Numbered from the stretch's first letter, positions 1 to 12,692 are shown. The stretch: DNA of 56,350 nucleotides from Octopus bimaculoides (GCF_001194135.2 NC_068986.1:5884065-5940414), one strand, 5' to 3'. Notes: generated by a model not told the origin, from the letters alone. Translations and numbers: made by a program.

Positions 1-352
1 CGGGTGGCACATAAGATGTACCATTTTGAGCGTGACCGTTGCCAGTACTGCCTGAGTGGCCTTTGTAGGATTTTCGAGCAAGATCGTTGCCAGTGCCCCT
101 GGACTGGCTCTTGTGCAGGTGGCACATAAAAGACACCATTTTGAGCGTGGCCGTTTTCGTGCGGGTGACACGTAAAAGCACCCACTACACTCTCTGAGTG
201 GTTGGCGTTAGGAAGGGCATCCAGCTGTAGAAACTCTGCCAAATTAGATTGGAGCCTGGTGTTGCCATCCGGTTTCACCAGTCCTCAGTCAAATCGTCCA
301 ACCCATGCTAGCATGGAAAGCGGACATTAAAGGATGATGATGATGATGATGC
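1..352 (+). mobile_element. RTE-LINE 3' UTR/tail copy (5'-truncated), ending in (GAT)n
   Basis: GGAAGGGCATCCAGCTGTAGAAAC...CATGCTAGCATGGAAAGCGGAC..TTAAA(GAT)n. The same tail follows the RTE ORF end at 17625-18325 and recurs many times in the window. Confidence 0.8.
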
Positions 353-848
353 AATATACTTTAGGTGCAAAGCTGTATTGTTAATTTATTTTTCAGTAGG
401 TTATGTTGTTTTCAATGTTGATGTCACTGAACCAAATTGTTTTTCTAGAATTGTTTTTTATCATGGTTGGCTCCTGTGATGATAATTATAGTGTCTAACC
501 AATCTCTAGTCTGACTAAGCACTCATTCCTGCTGTTTAAGAGTAAAAATGAAAGCCTGTTAGCTTTGTTTTCAGATCGTTACCATCAGCAGTGATGATCA
601 ATTATGATAAGTAACAGTCAGCTAAAATTGATTATAGTATTTTCCCCTGCTTTAAATTTCAAATTGTAACTTGTCAGTACTTTTGTACTGAGTCACTTTA
701 CATGCACCCCTTGTTTTCTTTTGTCTTTATTACATCACTAAAAATAATAAGTCTTTATTAACATCTCAAAGCAAAGTCAGCTATAAATAACAGCTTTACA
801 ATTCAATGGATTAAAAACCCCCTGGGCGGAAAAGATCCAGAAAGTTAC

Positions 849-872
849 CTGCAGGACTTTAAAGCATTTCAT
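849..872 (-). CDS. Candidate 24-nt microexon (MKCFKVLQ in phase 0)
   Basis: Minus strand reads catattttttccttcag|ATGAAATGCTTTAAAGTCCTGCAG|gtaact. Only one frame is stop-free. No homology recognised. Confidence 0.25.
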
Positions 873-1899
873 CTGAAGGAAAAAATATGCTTTAGTGTAT
901 TTTGTAACTTGAGTGCTTTTAAAATGCTTAGTTTAAGTCCCACAAACAATTTTCCATCTTTTTCCATCCAAGGGTCTTTTTTAGCCCTATGTATTTATAA
1001 GCTAGTATAATTTGTAGCTGAAACCACTTTGAGTCACATCCTTAATAAAGACTTATTTGCATATTTCTTGATGCTACTAAATTTGCATTCTAAATGTAAA
1101 CTGAAAATGTTTTATATTGACAATAGAGCTAAAATGTTCAGGTGGTTATTATATTGGCTGCACCTTTGTTGGGTGTTAATATTTTACAGTTGTCTAGGAT
1201 TATATTGTCTAATGTTTGCTTTTTTAAAAAATTTTTTAGATATGGTAGGTAGAGTGTGGTTTGAGTAAGACTTAGTTGATATTTCAAGTAGCTTAAACGG
1301 TTCCTTCATTGTTCAGTTTATATAACAGATGAATGTTATATATCATTGAGTCTCACCATACCTATCTTATATTTTGTAAGTTTTATTGAACAAAAGATGA
1401 GCATTTGTTCTATAACATCATGTTAATACTTGTAATAAACAATCATAATTATATAGAGTCTGCAGAGAATGGTAGTCTCTAATATTTTTAAAAATAGTCT
1501 AGCCAAGGAAGAGCAGTATCAGCTGTAATCCTTTTCAGAGCTTCTATGATTGGTGGGAGGAAATAAGGAAACTATATTCTAACTGGAGAATGCTTGCAAT
1601 ACTGGACTGTTTGCTAACAAAATCCAGGTGGTGGTTTTAAACTGGGCAACAGATTGTCTATTACTCAAGTTATAAGGATAATCCTATACTTAAAGATGAA
1701 TTTAATGACATAATAAAAAAAAAAAAAAAATGAAGCTAGTTTATTTAATTTATTTCGAGAAAGTGAGAAGTTTTGTATGATTGACTGAAATCTCACTTTT
1801 GGTACCTCAGCTTACATTTAACCATTGTTATTCTTTCATAAATATTGTCACTATAGTTCTTGTCTAAGCCTGGTTGTTTCTTCTTGCAGCTGTTCAGTA

Positions 1900-2119
1900 T
1901 TAATCCTTTAGCATTTAAAATGGCCATATCTAGCCCAAATATTCTATCCATTCTTTGTTCAAACTGACCAAATCTGGCCTCTCACACCTATTCTATAATG
2001 TAATTTTAAAAATAAACTATCACATTATTGAAATCTTGAAGTTACAAGATAATGCATGATTAATTCAAAACAATGTAAATACGTTTCATTTGACAGAAAT
2101 CTGCATGTCAAAGGGTTAA
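1900..2119. mobile_element. piggyBac-type MITE family M1 (~225 bp)
   Basis: TTAA-(T/C)CCTTTAGCATT ... AAAGGG-TTAA ends; body shared with 7 other copies. Confidence 0.75.
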
Positions 2120-2399
2120 ATATAATCTCTGTAGATATTTTAAACTTGGTTGAATATGCTTAACACTTTAACATGCTTTTTCTACTTGTAAGGAAAACTG
2201 CATAGAATTTATTTCTGTTCTTTATGCTGAATCCACTTGTTTTCATTGATGCGATGAAGATGTTGCGCAATAACCATATCACTGTGTATGATATTGCAGC
2301 TTTTCACTACCAACTGTTCCCAAATGGCCTGCTTTATGACAAAGCTGAATTTGAATTTAGAACACAGTCTGTCGGATGCTTAAACAATTCTATCGATCT

Positions 2400-2545
2400 A
2401 CCATCCTGAATTGGTACTTTATTGACCCCAAAAGAATGAAAGAAAAGGTTAACCTCAGCAGGATTTGAACTCAGAGTACAAAAAACTGAAACAAATGCTG
2501 CAAGGTATTCTGTCTGATGTTCCAATGACTCTGTCATTTCGCTGC
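2400..2545 (-). mobile_element. tRNA-derived SINE family S2, diverged copy
   Basis: Reverse complement matches the S2 copies at 41930-42150 and 44845-45058. Confidence 0.6.
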
Positions 2546-2547
2546 TT

Positions 2548-2780
2548 CATCATCATCATCATCATCATTATCATATGTCCATATTCCATGCTGGCATGGG
2601 TTGGATGGTTTAACAGGATCTGGCAAGCTGCAGGGCTATGCCAAACTCCAGTGTCAACTTTGGCATGTTTTCTATGGTTGGATGCCCCTTCTTAATGCTA
2701 ATCACTTTATAATGTGTACTGGGTGCTTTCTTCCTTTTTTGTGCCACCAGCACTAGTGAGGTTGCCATGTACGTTGCAAG
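2548..2780 (-). mobile_element. RTE-LINE 3' tail copy
   Basis: (CAT)n followed by the reverse complement of the RTE tail (ccatgctggcatgggttggatgg ... ggatgcccttc). Confidence 0.7.
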
Positions 2781-4454
2781 ACTGAAAAGAAAAAGAAAGA
2801 GAAAAACTCTATATTTATTTATATTTGATCCAACACAAGTCTCCATGTCAAATTTAGACCATGGTTTTAGTTGAGTTGGATACATTGTTTATTTTATTGC
2901 TGCTGTTTTGTTTCAAAATCTTTTATAAAAGTTGTTTCATAATTTCCTTCAGAATTTTAATAATTAGTTAACATACATGACAGTTCATGAGAAAATAAGT
3001 AACAGATTAAATGACATTGCTATAGAAAAAAATGTCATGGAATCTTGTATGTATTTTAATAATTTGTGTAAATCTTTTATCTGTTTCTTTGTTTTTGGAC
3101 ATATTTTTGTTCCGTATGTTGTAGCTGGTTAGTTGGCATAAATTGCTAACAAAACATTAAAAATATTTGAAAAGAGAAAGAGATAAAAGTATAAATTGCT
3201 GAAAGGAATTGTTCCTGATTGGTACTATTTCATAACAATATTGAATAATGTATATTACAATGTATTTTGGTAGTACTATATAAGAATACACAAACATGTA
3301 CTAGATGACTTCTCAAGTTATTATTGAACAAAATCATGTAAACCAATCAGAATATAAATAGTTTGTTCCACCCATGTGAATCAGCATTCATTATTATTAG
3401 GCTAGATGAGTAAATATAATGTTCTATTGAAGATATTTCCACTCTTCTCAGTCCAGAAATGTTGGTTTAGCTGATCTAAATATACTTAAGATTTTCTCTT
3501 GTGAACCAAATGATACTAGGTTTTTAAAACATTTTATATATATATATATTGATTTTGTTTTAAAGTACTTTGTATTCAGGAATAATTTTAGTATTTTAGT
3601 TTGTGTAACCCTAGGTATCTCTGACTGAAAGAGAAACCTATTTGCATGGCAGGAGCCAGTCAAATGCTTACAAGCAATTCTATAAGTTTGATATAGAAGT
3701 GATGAATACTTTATCATGTAATGGTTGACCATGTAGGATGTAGCATGGCATTCATGAAATTTCGTCTCTTTTCTCATCCTGTCTCTTTCTGTATGATTGA
3801 AAGCTGTGATAGTAGCTTCTACGGAAACATGTAGGAGTTATTGGTGGTAGTTAACAACCCAGCGCACTTTGAATCTAATGTATTTGATATTGTAGAAGAT
3901 GTAACCATGTTAGAGAAAGTAAATACTGGAGTAGTCATATAAGGGTCAAGTATGTTCTTCGATGCAATACATCTAGGAGGATACTGTTCAATACATCAGA
4001 TCTAAGTAAAAGTTATTTCTCCTATAGGAACTCATCATCTCCAGTGATTACTGTCTTGGACTGTAAAGTGTTACTATAGTTTGTCTTTTTCAGGACCCTC
4101 TCTATTCTAATGTAAATATAGTATTCACCACACCTACTTTTATTCCTTGTATGACTTATATTTAGGAAAAGTGGGATAAGTGAATGGATAAGGCATTGTT
4201 CTCGTGTAATAGGTTGAGAACAAATTGGCTGCAAGTATTATGTTTTTGGTGTAGAACATTGTTTTACATTCTGTCAATTCGTTTAACTGTTGGGAATAGA
4301 TGTTGGATTCTCTGACAAAATTTTCATAACGGGAGCTTTTTACTCCTTCCTGTTCTTTTCTTGTCCTGCAAGTTACTTGGTGACCTCATTAGTGTTGATG
4401 GCACAAAAAACAAACAAAACAAAATACCCAATATATTCTATAAAGTGTATTTTG

Positions 4455-4602
4455 TTAGGAAGGGCATCCAGCCATAGAACTTATACTGAAGCTGACATTG
4501 GAGCTCAACACAGTCCTGTATCTTGCCAGATCCAGTTAAATCATCCAACCCATGCCTGCATGGAAAATGGACATTAAATGATGATGATATGATGATGATG
4601 AG
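4455..4602 (+). mobile_element. RTE-LINE 3' tail copy
   Basis: ttaggaagggcatccagcc...catggaaaatggacattaaatgatgatg. Confidence 0.7.
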
Positions 4603-6429
4603 TGAAGGTGGTGGATTGACAAGATTTTTTAACTTTTAAGTCAGGAAGGGAATGCCAGCACCCATGGTTCTTTATTTTCCAAGGCCTTTGAGACTAGTGA
4701 GAATAAAGGAAGGTGTTATACTCAAACCAAAGACTTGACCTGAATGCAACAGAGTGAACTCCAAGGACTGGGTGGTGCTGTTAAACTAGGCAATGGACTA
4801 AATTTCCCACCTAAGAACTCAGAATGCAAAGAACTGCTACAAATACTGCAAAGTATCTCGTCCCACACTCTGACAATTCTGTTCCAATCTGTCTACAGAC
4901 AGGAATGGTACTTTATATATTGATATTCATAGGATGAAAGACAAATGTGGTCATGGCAGGATATGTACTCAGTGTGCAGAGAGCCAGAACAAATACCACA
5001 AGGCGTCTTGTCCTAACATTCTAATGACTCTGCTAATTAACTTCTTTGTTGGAGCTTCAGACAGTATTTAGTTATGGTTATTTATATTCAAGGTTTAAAT
5101 CCTGAAGAGTTACCTTCGTCTGTCATCCATCTGGGAACTGATAAAATAAATACTGGTCATGTAATAGAGTAACTGAATACATATTCCCTCCTAAATTTGA
5201 AGCTTTGCCCCTTTGTTAGAAATCATTATTTTGATAGACTAGAGTCCTATCCAGAAGTAAATATATCTCTCATCTACATATCACCATAAAACTTGCATCA
5301 AGTGCTGGCCCTTAAAAAGTGGGATACAACAGGCATTACATAGTATATTTCACTTGGTGGAGCTTGTACTAAATACTTCAATGTTCTGAAACTGCCTGTA
5401 AAGTGGTTGGCACATGAGCAGAAATGGCATAGGGTCAAGAAAACCCTTTAGTCTTGTCAAGGATATGGCAACCTCTCTAATATTGGTGCAAATAAAATGC
5501 ATTCAGTACACCTGTAAAATGGTTGGTGATTGGAAGGACATCCAGCCATAGAAAAAAAAAGGAAACCTGGGCAAGATGTGTCTCCTCAAGGAAGGCAATA
5601 ACCCTGCATAAGAAGTCATGTGGACAATGACAAACTTGTCTAGTCCATGCTAGCGTGGAAAGTGAACTTAAAATGATGATGAGGATAAACAATTCAAGAT
5701 TATATACGAGTCCACTAGATAAAGCAACGCCATGGAGAGTTCCATGGTATTGCTTTATCTAACTACTAGAGAGAACACACACACACACACATATATGCAT
5801 ACTCCCCACCTCTCACAATAAATTGAAAATTTTAAAAAGCAATGCCAAATAATATGAAGATTGCATGATGATGTTATTGTTAGTATCAAGAATTTTAGAG
5901 AATAGGGTGTCTTTGTCTTTGTATTTGAATTTTTTGCATATCTCAGCATTGTGTTTGTTTTAATTATATGACCAATCAGTGCAGGAGGCCTTGTAATTAG
6001 ATTACTCAAATTAAATAATTTTCAAGCCAGACAAGTATTTAGTAAATGATTTCTAAAGTACCAATCAGATGCTTTAGCAACCAATTAATACTTTAGTGCA
6101 CCATCCACTGATGCTTTGACCTCTTAAAGAACATATCAGCATCCGTCCCTTGTTACAAGAATATAGAAATGTATATATACTCCAGCTTATTGAAGATAAA
6201 GTACAGTCATCATCATCATCATCATCATTGTTTTATATCTTCTTTTTCATACTGGTGTAGGTTAGATGGGTTTTTTGAGGCAGTGTTTTACAGCTGGATG
6301 CCCTTCCTATCACCAGCCCCTTTATTTGCCTCTTATAAATACACAGAACATGATGTCTATTTTAAAACCAAGACATTCATGGTAAAACTTGAAGTACAGT
6401 TAACTCTAGTGTTGTTTATAAATTTAAGA

Positions 6430-6645
6430 TATGGCTCAGTGGTTAGCGCATCAGGCTCACAATCACAGGGTAGTGAGTTCAATTCCTGAACCAGGTTGTG
6501 TTGTGTTCTTGAACAAGACACTTTATTTCACACTGCTCCAGTTCACTCAGCTGCAGAAATGAGTTGCAATGTCACAGGTGCCAAGCTGTATTAGTGCATC
6601 AGGATTACAATCACAGAGTAGTGAGTTCAATTCCTGAACCATGTG
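6430..6645 (+). mobile_element. tRNA-derived SINE family S3, with a partly duplicated head
   Basis: TGGCTCAGTGG (A-box-like) and GAGTTCAATTCC (B-box-like), then gtgttcttgaacaagacac. Head repeats at ~6595-6645; related copies at ~18330-18480 and ~52050-52150 (-). Confidence 0.6.
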
Positions 6646-6840
6646 ATGAGGTAGAGTTATGGTCTAGAACAGGCATGGACAAATTTTTTTGACAAGTGGG
6701 CCACATGAGACATGGCTTGTCATCAGGTGGGCCACAAAGCTAAAAAAAATTTAAGTAGTATTTTGATTAGGTAAACCATTCAGACAGTCCCACAGGTTGC
6801 AGATTACTCATGATTGGTCTAGAGTTTGGCAAACATTACT

Positions 6841-7066
6841 TTAGCTCTTTAGCATTTAAACCAACCATATCAAGCCCAAATATTCTAGCTGTTTTATGTT
6901 CAATCTTGCCAGATCCAGCCTCTCACACTTACCCAACAATGTTATTCTAAAAAATTAACAATCATATTGAAATCTTGAGGCTAAGAGATAATGCACGGTT
7001 AATTTAAAACAATGTGAATAAATAAACATTACATTTGACAGAGTAATCTAAATGCTAAAAAGTCAA
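6841..7066. mobile_element. piggyBac-type MITE M1
   Basis: Same body as 1900-2119; TTAA ends eroded. Confidence 0.7.
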
Positions 7067-7519
7067 ACACTTTTCAATGGTGCATCCTCAGATTTAGTAA
7101 ATAGTACTTATTAAAAGAAAAGAAAAAAAGTAAAATATGCTGTTTGGAAGTCTTGACTTCTAAATATAATAAACAACTGATTCATTGTTTGTTTTATGAT
7201 GTCTCTAAATAAAACAGCATACAGTCTGTCTGTTTTATGGTTTCTAATCATTTTACTCTATATTCTTCACAAGGGGTTACACTAACACTGTTAGACATGA
7301 TGAATGGGTACACTGGAAGAAAAAATTTGAATACCTCTACTTTAATACATTAGAAGACTAATTAAAATACTTTTTGCTTTTACTTACAGCTTCAACTCCC
7401 CTCACCCTCCCATCACAACTCTTAGATATGGCATTTATCTAATGAAATTATGCATTAATTTACAAGTCTGGTATCACTAATTACTGTTTTAATTGCTTAG
7501 ATTTAAAAGCATAACTTAC

Positions 7520-7626
7520 CTAGTGGATAGAATTGTAGGTAAACATATATATCTTTGCAGTTATTGGATTGGATTTTGTTGGTAATAACACTTGTTCCTG
7601 TTAGATTATGAAATACCATTGAATCT
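7520..7626 (-). CDS. Candidate 107-nt internal exon (DSMVFHNLTGTSVITNKIQSNNCKDIYVYLQFYPL)
   Basis: Minus strand: gctcattcttatttcctctag|AGATTC...CCACTAG|gtaagt. Exactly one open frame (phase 2 to 1). Protein not recognised. Confidence 0.35.
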
Positions 7627-8056
7627 CTAGAGGAAATAAGAATGAGCATCAGCTTGTTTCAGTTGCTTTATTTTTAATTTAAAAAAAAATTATTTAATTA
7701 ACTGTTTTGTGACATTTTTGTTTTGATAAATATTTTGTGTGATTTGTAAATTTGTTAATTTTGTTTTTTAGAGTTGAACTAAATACTGTCATTGAAATAC
7801 ACTTTGGAATTAAATATCAAATGTAATTAGAACATTAGCTGTTATAACTATTTCTGTGAGTGATATTTAGTTTCTCTATTTTATGCTGGGAGAGACAACC
7901 TTGCAGTTAACATCTCTTGGATGAGTAAGGCAGACATGCTGTCCTCATTTATAGAGTCTGAAGAACGACTGGCTGAAATTACCTAGACTCATTTTCTACT
8001 TGGAAAATAATTGGCCATGTTGATGCTAACGTGCAAAATGTAGTGAACCAAACAAC

Positions 8057-8290
8057 TTAACTCTTTAGCATTCAGATTATTCTGTTACATTAAAATATTT
8101 ACTTATTCATTATTTTAAATTAATTATGCATTATCTCATACCTTTGAGATTTCAAAGATGTTATTATATATACTACTTTATTTTTTAGAATGACATTGTA
8201 GGGTAGGTGTGAGAGGCCAGACCTGGCCATTTTGAACATAAAACTGGTAGAATATTTGAACCTGATATGGCTGTTTTAGATTAAATTAAT
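8057..8290. mobile_element. piggyBac-type MITE M1, opposite orientation to 6841-7066
   Basis: ttaactctttagcattcagatta... is the reverse complement of the M1 body. Confidence 0.7.
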
Positions 8291-8663
8291 TTCCCACTGT
8301 GTGCTCTCATTCATCTGCTATTTAATTTTAATTAATTCCAGCATGGCTACAGTTCAATGACTGTTCAAGTTTAAAAATATAAAAGAGTTGTATTTGATTC
8401 TAAAAATTGCTTGTAGTCCAAGGAATTATTTCTTACTATTTAATGAACAAGAAAACAAATACACAATTTTAGTTATTCCAAGCTTTTTACTTCCACTGTT
8501 TGTGACCATAAGTCTCTCGTATCATTTGGTTTGGTCAATGTTTTCCTTAGGATACAAGTTTTAATATCTATTCTTTATTGTTGGATTTCCTCAATTTTTG
8601 GTATTTTCTTTTTATTCTCCCCACTCTTACCCATCCATAATTTTAATGAGTTTATTAAAGTTA

Positions 8664-9908
8664 TTGGGTTGGCAAGAAAGTAATTTTGTTTTTTTAGCAT
8701 GAAATAAAAATCATTTTTTTTTTCATACAAAGAATGAACTTTAATCAATTATATATTTTCCATTTTGCCTGATGATCTTTTGCCATAGAACTTTTGGTCT
8801 GTATCTGCCAAAAACTGAAGTAAGTGCAATTTTAGGTCATCATCATTATTAAAAGTTGTACCATTCAAAGAATTTTACAAACTTTGAAATAAATAGTAAT
8901 CTGATGTTGCAAGGTCAAGGCTATATGATGGATATGATATCACTTCCCAACCAAGCCCCAATAATTTTTCATGAGTTAGCAAAGATGTGTGTGGTCTAGC
9001 GTTGTCATGGTGGAATATGATTCCTTTACGATTTGCCAATTCTGGCCATTTTTCTTTGATTGCTTCCTCCAGTTTCATTAGTTGTTGGCAGTAAACATCT
9101 GAATTGATTGTTTGGTTCCTTGGAAGCAGCTCAAAATACACAATACCTTTGTAATTCCATCAACTTGACAGTATGAACTTTTTTGATGCAATTCAGCTTT
9201 TAATGTGGTTTGTGCTGCTTCATTACACTTGGACTATGATCGTTTTCAAATGATGTTATTGTAGACAATTCATTTTTCATTACCAGTGATGATTTGTTTC
9301 TAAAGAAAGTTGACTTCATTGCGTTTGATATGCATATCACAAATATTGATTTGTCGTGTTAAGTGAATCTCTTTCAATTTATGTGGAACCCAAATATTGA
9401 GCTTCTTAATGAGACTAAGACATTTTAAGTGATTTTCAATTGTTGTGTGTGATACATTTAACTTCTCTGCAAGCTCTCGCACAGTTATATGACAATCAGA
9501 TTCAATTATAGCTTTGATCATCAACTTTGGTAGGTCGACCAGAACATTGGTCATCTTTGAGTGAAAAATCTCCAGAAGGGAACTTTCTAAACCATTTCTG
9601 ACATGTGCATTCTGTTAAGCAATCAACACCATAAACTTCACATATCTCTTTGTGAGCCTCAGCAGCTTTCTTGTCTTTACGGAAATAAAAGAGCAAAATA
9701 TGGCAAAAATGTTCGTTTTTGTACTCCATGTTAAAATTGACACTGAACTAACAGCTGTAAACAAAATTACAGGCAATTTGCTTCTAAAATAAGCTAAAAG
9801 TAATGGCTATCAAATTTCAAAAGGAAAAAATCATAACATTGACAAAAGTCGTTAAAAAAAATTGTAACTCTGCTTGCAAGAAACGAAATTACCTTCTTGC
9901 CAACCCAA
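8664..9908 (-). mobile_element. Near-full-length mariner DNA transposon (mellifera-subfamily-like)
   Basis: TIRs TTGGGTTGGCAAGAAAGTAATTTTGTTT and its inverse (28 bp, 2 mismatches); TA on both sides (8662-8663, 9909-9910); 1245 bp; transposase inside. Confidence 0.95.
8741..9729 (-). pseudogene. Inactivated mariner transposase
   Basis: MEYKNEHFCHILLFYFRK...; WVPH(K)L; TG(N)EK* (first catalytic D to N, W to stop); HHDNARPH; YSLDLATSDY with 34 residues between the last two Asp. Frameshift near 9515, in-frame stops and a short 3' deletion; ends ...QNGKYIID*. Confidence 0.93.
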
Positions 9909-10570
9909 TATATCAAAATTATAAATGAATGGAGGTGATATGCTATAAAGTTGTTGGCTGGAAGGGCATCCTGCTGTAAAAACTATACCAAAATAGATAG
10001 GAAGAAACAAATGTTGTTTGTTAAGCTACACATAAAAAATAACCACAAACAAGGATTTGTCATTAAAGCCCAGGTCTTGTTAACCGCTTAACCAGATGTC
10101 CCTTCTCTGCTGACTAGTTCAGTAACTAGTCTGCAATAAAAGTTCTTGTCTACAGTTTATCCCTTATGAGTTCACAGGCAATACACTACATGTGTATGTA
10201 GAGGGAAGGAGAACATGGACTCTGCAACCTCACATGCAGATAACCTGTCTAGAAGAACAGTAATTTTGAATAAACACCCTTATACAGGGTAAAGAGGACT
10301 TGTTAGTGAAAAGAGTTGGTGATAGGCATCCAGTTGTAAAATCTGTGCCCAAAACATTGCATAACAATGATCAATGATTTTCTTTTGTTGGGACAACCAG
10401 ATAATAAAGAGCCATGATGAGTGGTGAAGTGTTATGACATACTTTGAACCATGCTATAATGGAGAGAAAATAAAAAAAAGGAATAAAATAACTTTATAGC
10501 CATACTAGTAGCAGGTCATTATTAACATAGACAACACATGTCCTGATTATAACTTTCTTTTCATATACTA

Positions 10571-10831
10571 CAGTGGTTTTCAACCAATGTTTGTCTGTGA
10601 ACCACTTTGATTCCTATTTTACTCTATTGGATCCTCATAACCATTCATTGTTTTTAAAGAAATCCTATTATACTTTTATAATTAGATAATCATTTGGAAT
10701 TGTATTAAAAAAATTGTTGAAATATTTTGTTTATTGTAGAAGTATGACCAATGAAACTGCACATAAACTTTGACAACAAAATCTTATATGGACCCCTAAG
10801 GGGTCATATGGATCTTGGTTGGCAACCACTG
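10571..10831. mobile_element. hAT-type MITE
   Basis: TIRs CAGTGGTTTTCAACC / GGTTGGCAACCACTG; perfect 8-bp TSD ATATACTA (10563-10570 and 10832-10839). Second copy at 49234-49491. Confidence 0.88.
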
Positions 10832-10849
10832 ATATACTATAACACTATA

Positions 10850-11071
10850 TATGAAAGGGTGCTGAGCAGTTCCTGGCTTTAGGAGGTATTGTGAAAGGCC
10901 TGGTTGGAGGCTCAACCTTCCAAGTTCTTTTACAAGGCTTAGAAAAACTGAAGAACTGCTGCAATAAGTGTGAATCTGAGAGGGGAATATGTTGGATAAA
11001 ATCATAATTAACTGATCCTCCTGTACCTTTTTTTTAATCCAAAGTTAGGAACTTTTCAGCACCCCTTAGTA
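10850..11071 (+). mobile_element. Mariner deletion derivative/MITE (different TIR type from 8664-9908)
   Basis: TA-TGAAAGGGTGCTGAGCAGTTCCTGGCTTT ... AAAGTTAGGAACTTTTCAGCACCCCTTAG-TA. Interior resembles a transposase C-terminal end (...NLRGEYVG*). Confidence 0.75.
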
Positions 11072-11618
11072 TACAATGATACAACAGTGTCAGAAAACGG
11101 ATGGAAGTATGGTATTTCTGTATGGTGAACTCCAAATGTTTAATTAGATACATCCACCCCCATAGATAGGCATTTTATCTAGCAAAGCTTATCATGATGA
11201 CTCAACATAAACAACAAAAATACTTCATTAAAAATAATCACTAAATAATTTGAAGTTGTCATTATTTTGATAAGGCCATTACAAACTGGAAATATATGAA
11301 TCAGTAATTGTGTGTGCTTTGACACATGTGTGAGGAAATGATTGGGGTCTAGGGCTGGTAATAATATTCATAAAAGACTTGCTTATTTTTTTTCTCATGG
11401 GGAGTTAGCTTAGGGCTGTGAAGAGCATTCTCAAGTCTTTCACTGGAAATTTATTGCAAGAATGAGCAATATGGAAGTTCTGTTCCATGATTGTTATTCT
11501 TGTTGTTTTGCTCCAAATTAGCCCTGATTGCATTTATCTATGCTCAAAGGTATAGTAGCCATAACCAACTTGTTTTTAGTATTCTAGGGACAACATTGTT
11601 AAGAGTATCCTTCATCAT

Positions 11619-12065
11619 TTAACCCATTTTGTACCAATCCATCTAAGCCTAGCCTTGGTTCTGTGGCACACAACTTGTTTTACCCCTTTAGTATTTAAAC
11701 TAGCCATATCCAGTCCAAATATTTTGTTTGTTTTATGTTCAAAATGACCAGGTCTTGTCTCTCACACCTATCCTACAATATCATTCTAAAAAAAATAGAC
11801 AATCAAATCATCAATATCTTGAAGTTATGAGACAATGTATGATTGATTTAAAACAATGTGAATAAGTATTACAGAGTAATCTGAATGCTAAAGGATTAGT
11901 GGATATAAGTTAAAATCTTTCTTCCAAATTTCAGGTTAATTTAGGTTTCAAACACTTGCTTAATAATGACAAAGTTATTATACTACTAAATTGTTCATTA
12001 TTTTCAAAATTAATTCAAAACCAGGATGGTATATTCTATTAGAAATACAGTTACAAAAGGGTTAA
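11619..12065. mobile_element. piggyBac-type MITE family M2, interrupted by an M1 copy
   Basis: TTAACCCATTTTGTACC ... GTTACAAAAGGGTTAA. The right half matches a fragment at ~39180-39310. Confidence 0.65.
11680..11899. mobile_element. piggyBac-type MITE M1 nested in M2
   Basis: TTAC-CCCTTTAGTATT ... AATGCTAAAGGA-TTAG (eroded TTAA) around an M1 body. Confidence 0.7.
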
Positions 12066-12508
12066 AGCTTTCGTGTGTGTGATTTGTAGGAGGTTTGGTT
12101 TCTATTTCTAGCAGATTGAGTAAACCTATTGAAGCTCCCTTGTTGGAAGCCTCTACATTTTGTCTAATTAGTAATAATTAAAGGCTTAGTTGATTTTCAT
12201 ATAAGTCAATTGTTGTCAGTTTGCTGCCAATCTTTCTTTTTTTTTTTTTTTTTTTTTTTTGTACTAGCTTAGATTACTTATGGTAAACTATTTAACCTAG
12301 TTCTGTCTCATGTTGTTTAGCCCCTTGTCAGCCCTGATTGAGCAGGCATTTGGTCTGAGGCTTTCAAGCATGACCACCCTGTCTTTATTTTCTTGTTTTT
12401 GGCATCCAGGATCATATCCAATATATTCTTCATTTTGAAGGATAGTAGGGTGTTTAGTTGAAAGAAATAGGGTTCATAAACTGCTGTATCAACTTTACAA
12501 TAAAATGT

Positions 12509-12692
12509 TACTCTTTTACATGTTTCAGTCATTTGACTGCGGCCATGCTGGAGCACTGCTTTTAGTCGAGCAAATCGACCCCAGGACTTATTCTTTGTAA
12601 GCCTAGTACTTATTCTATCCTTCTCTTTTACTGAACCGCTAAGTTAAGGGGATGTAAACACACCAGCATCGGTTGTCAAGTGATGTTGGGAT

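Noticed and set aside
575-610. Plus-strand cassettes 575-610 and 7772-7822 with compatible phases
   Set aside because: Donors are weak (AA|gtaaca, AT|gtaatt) and no recognisable peptide results; expected by chance in AT-rich DNA.
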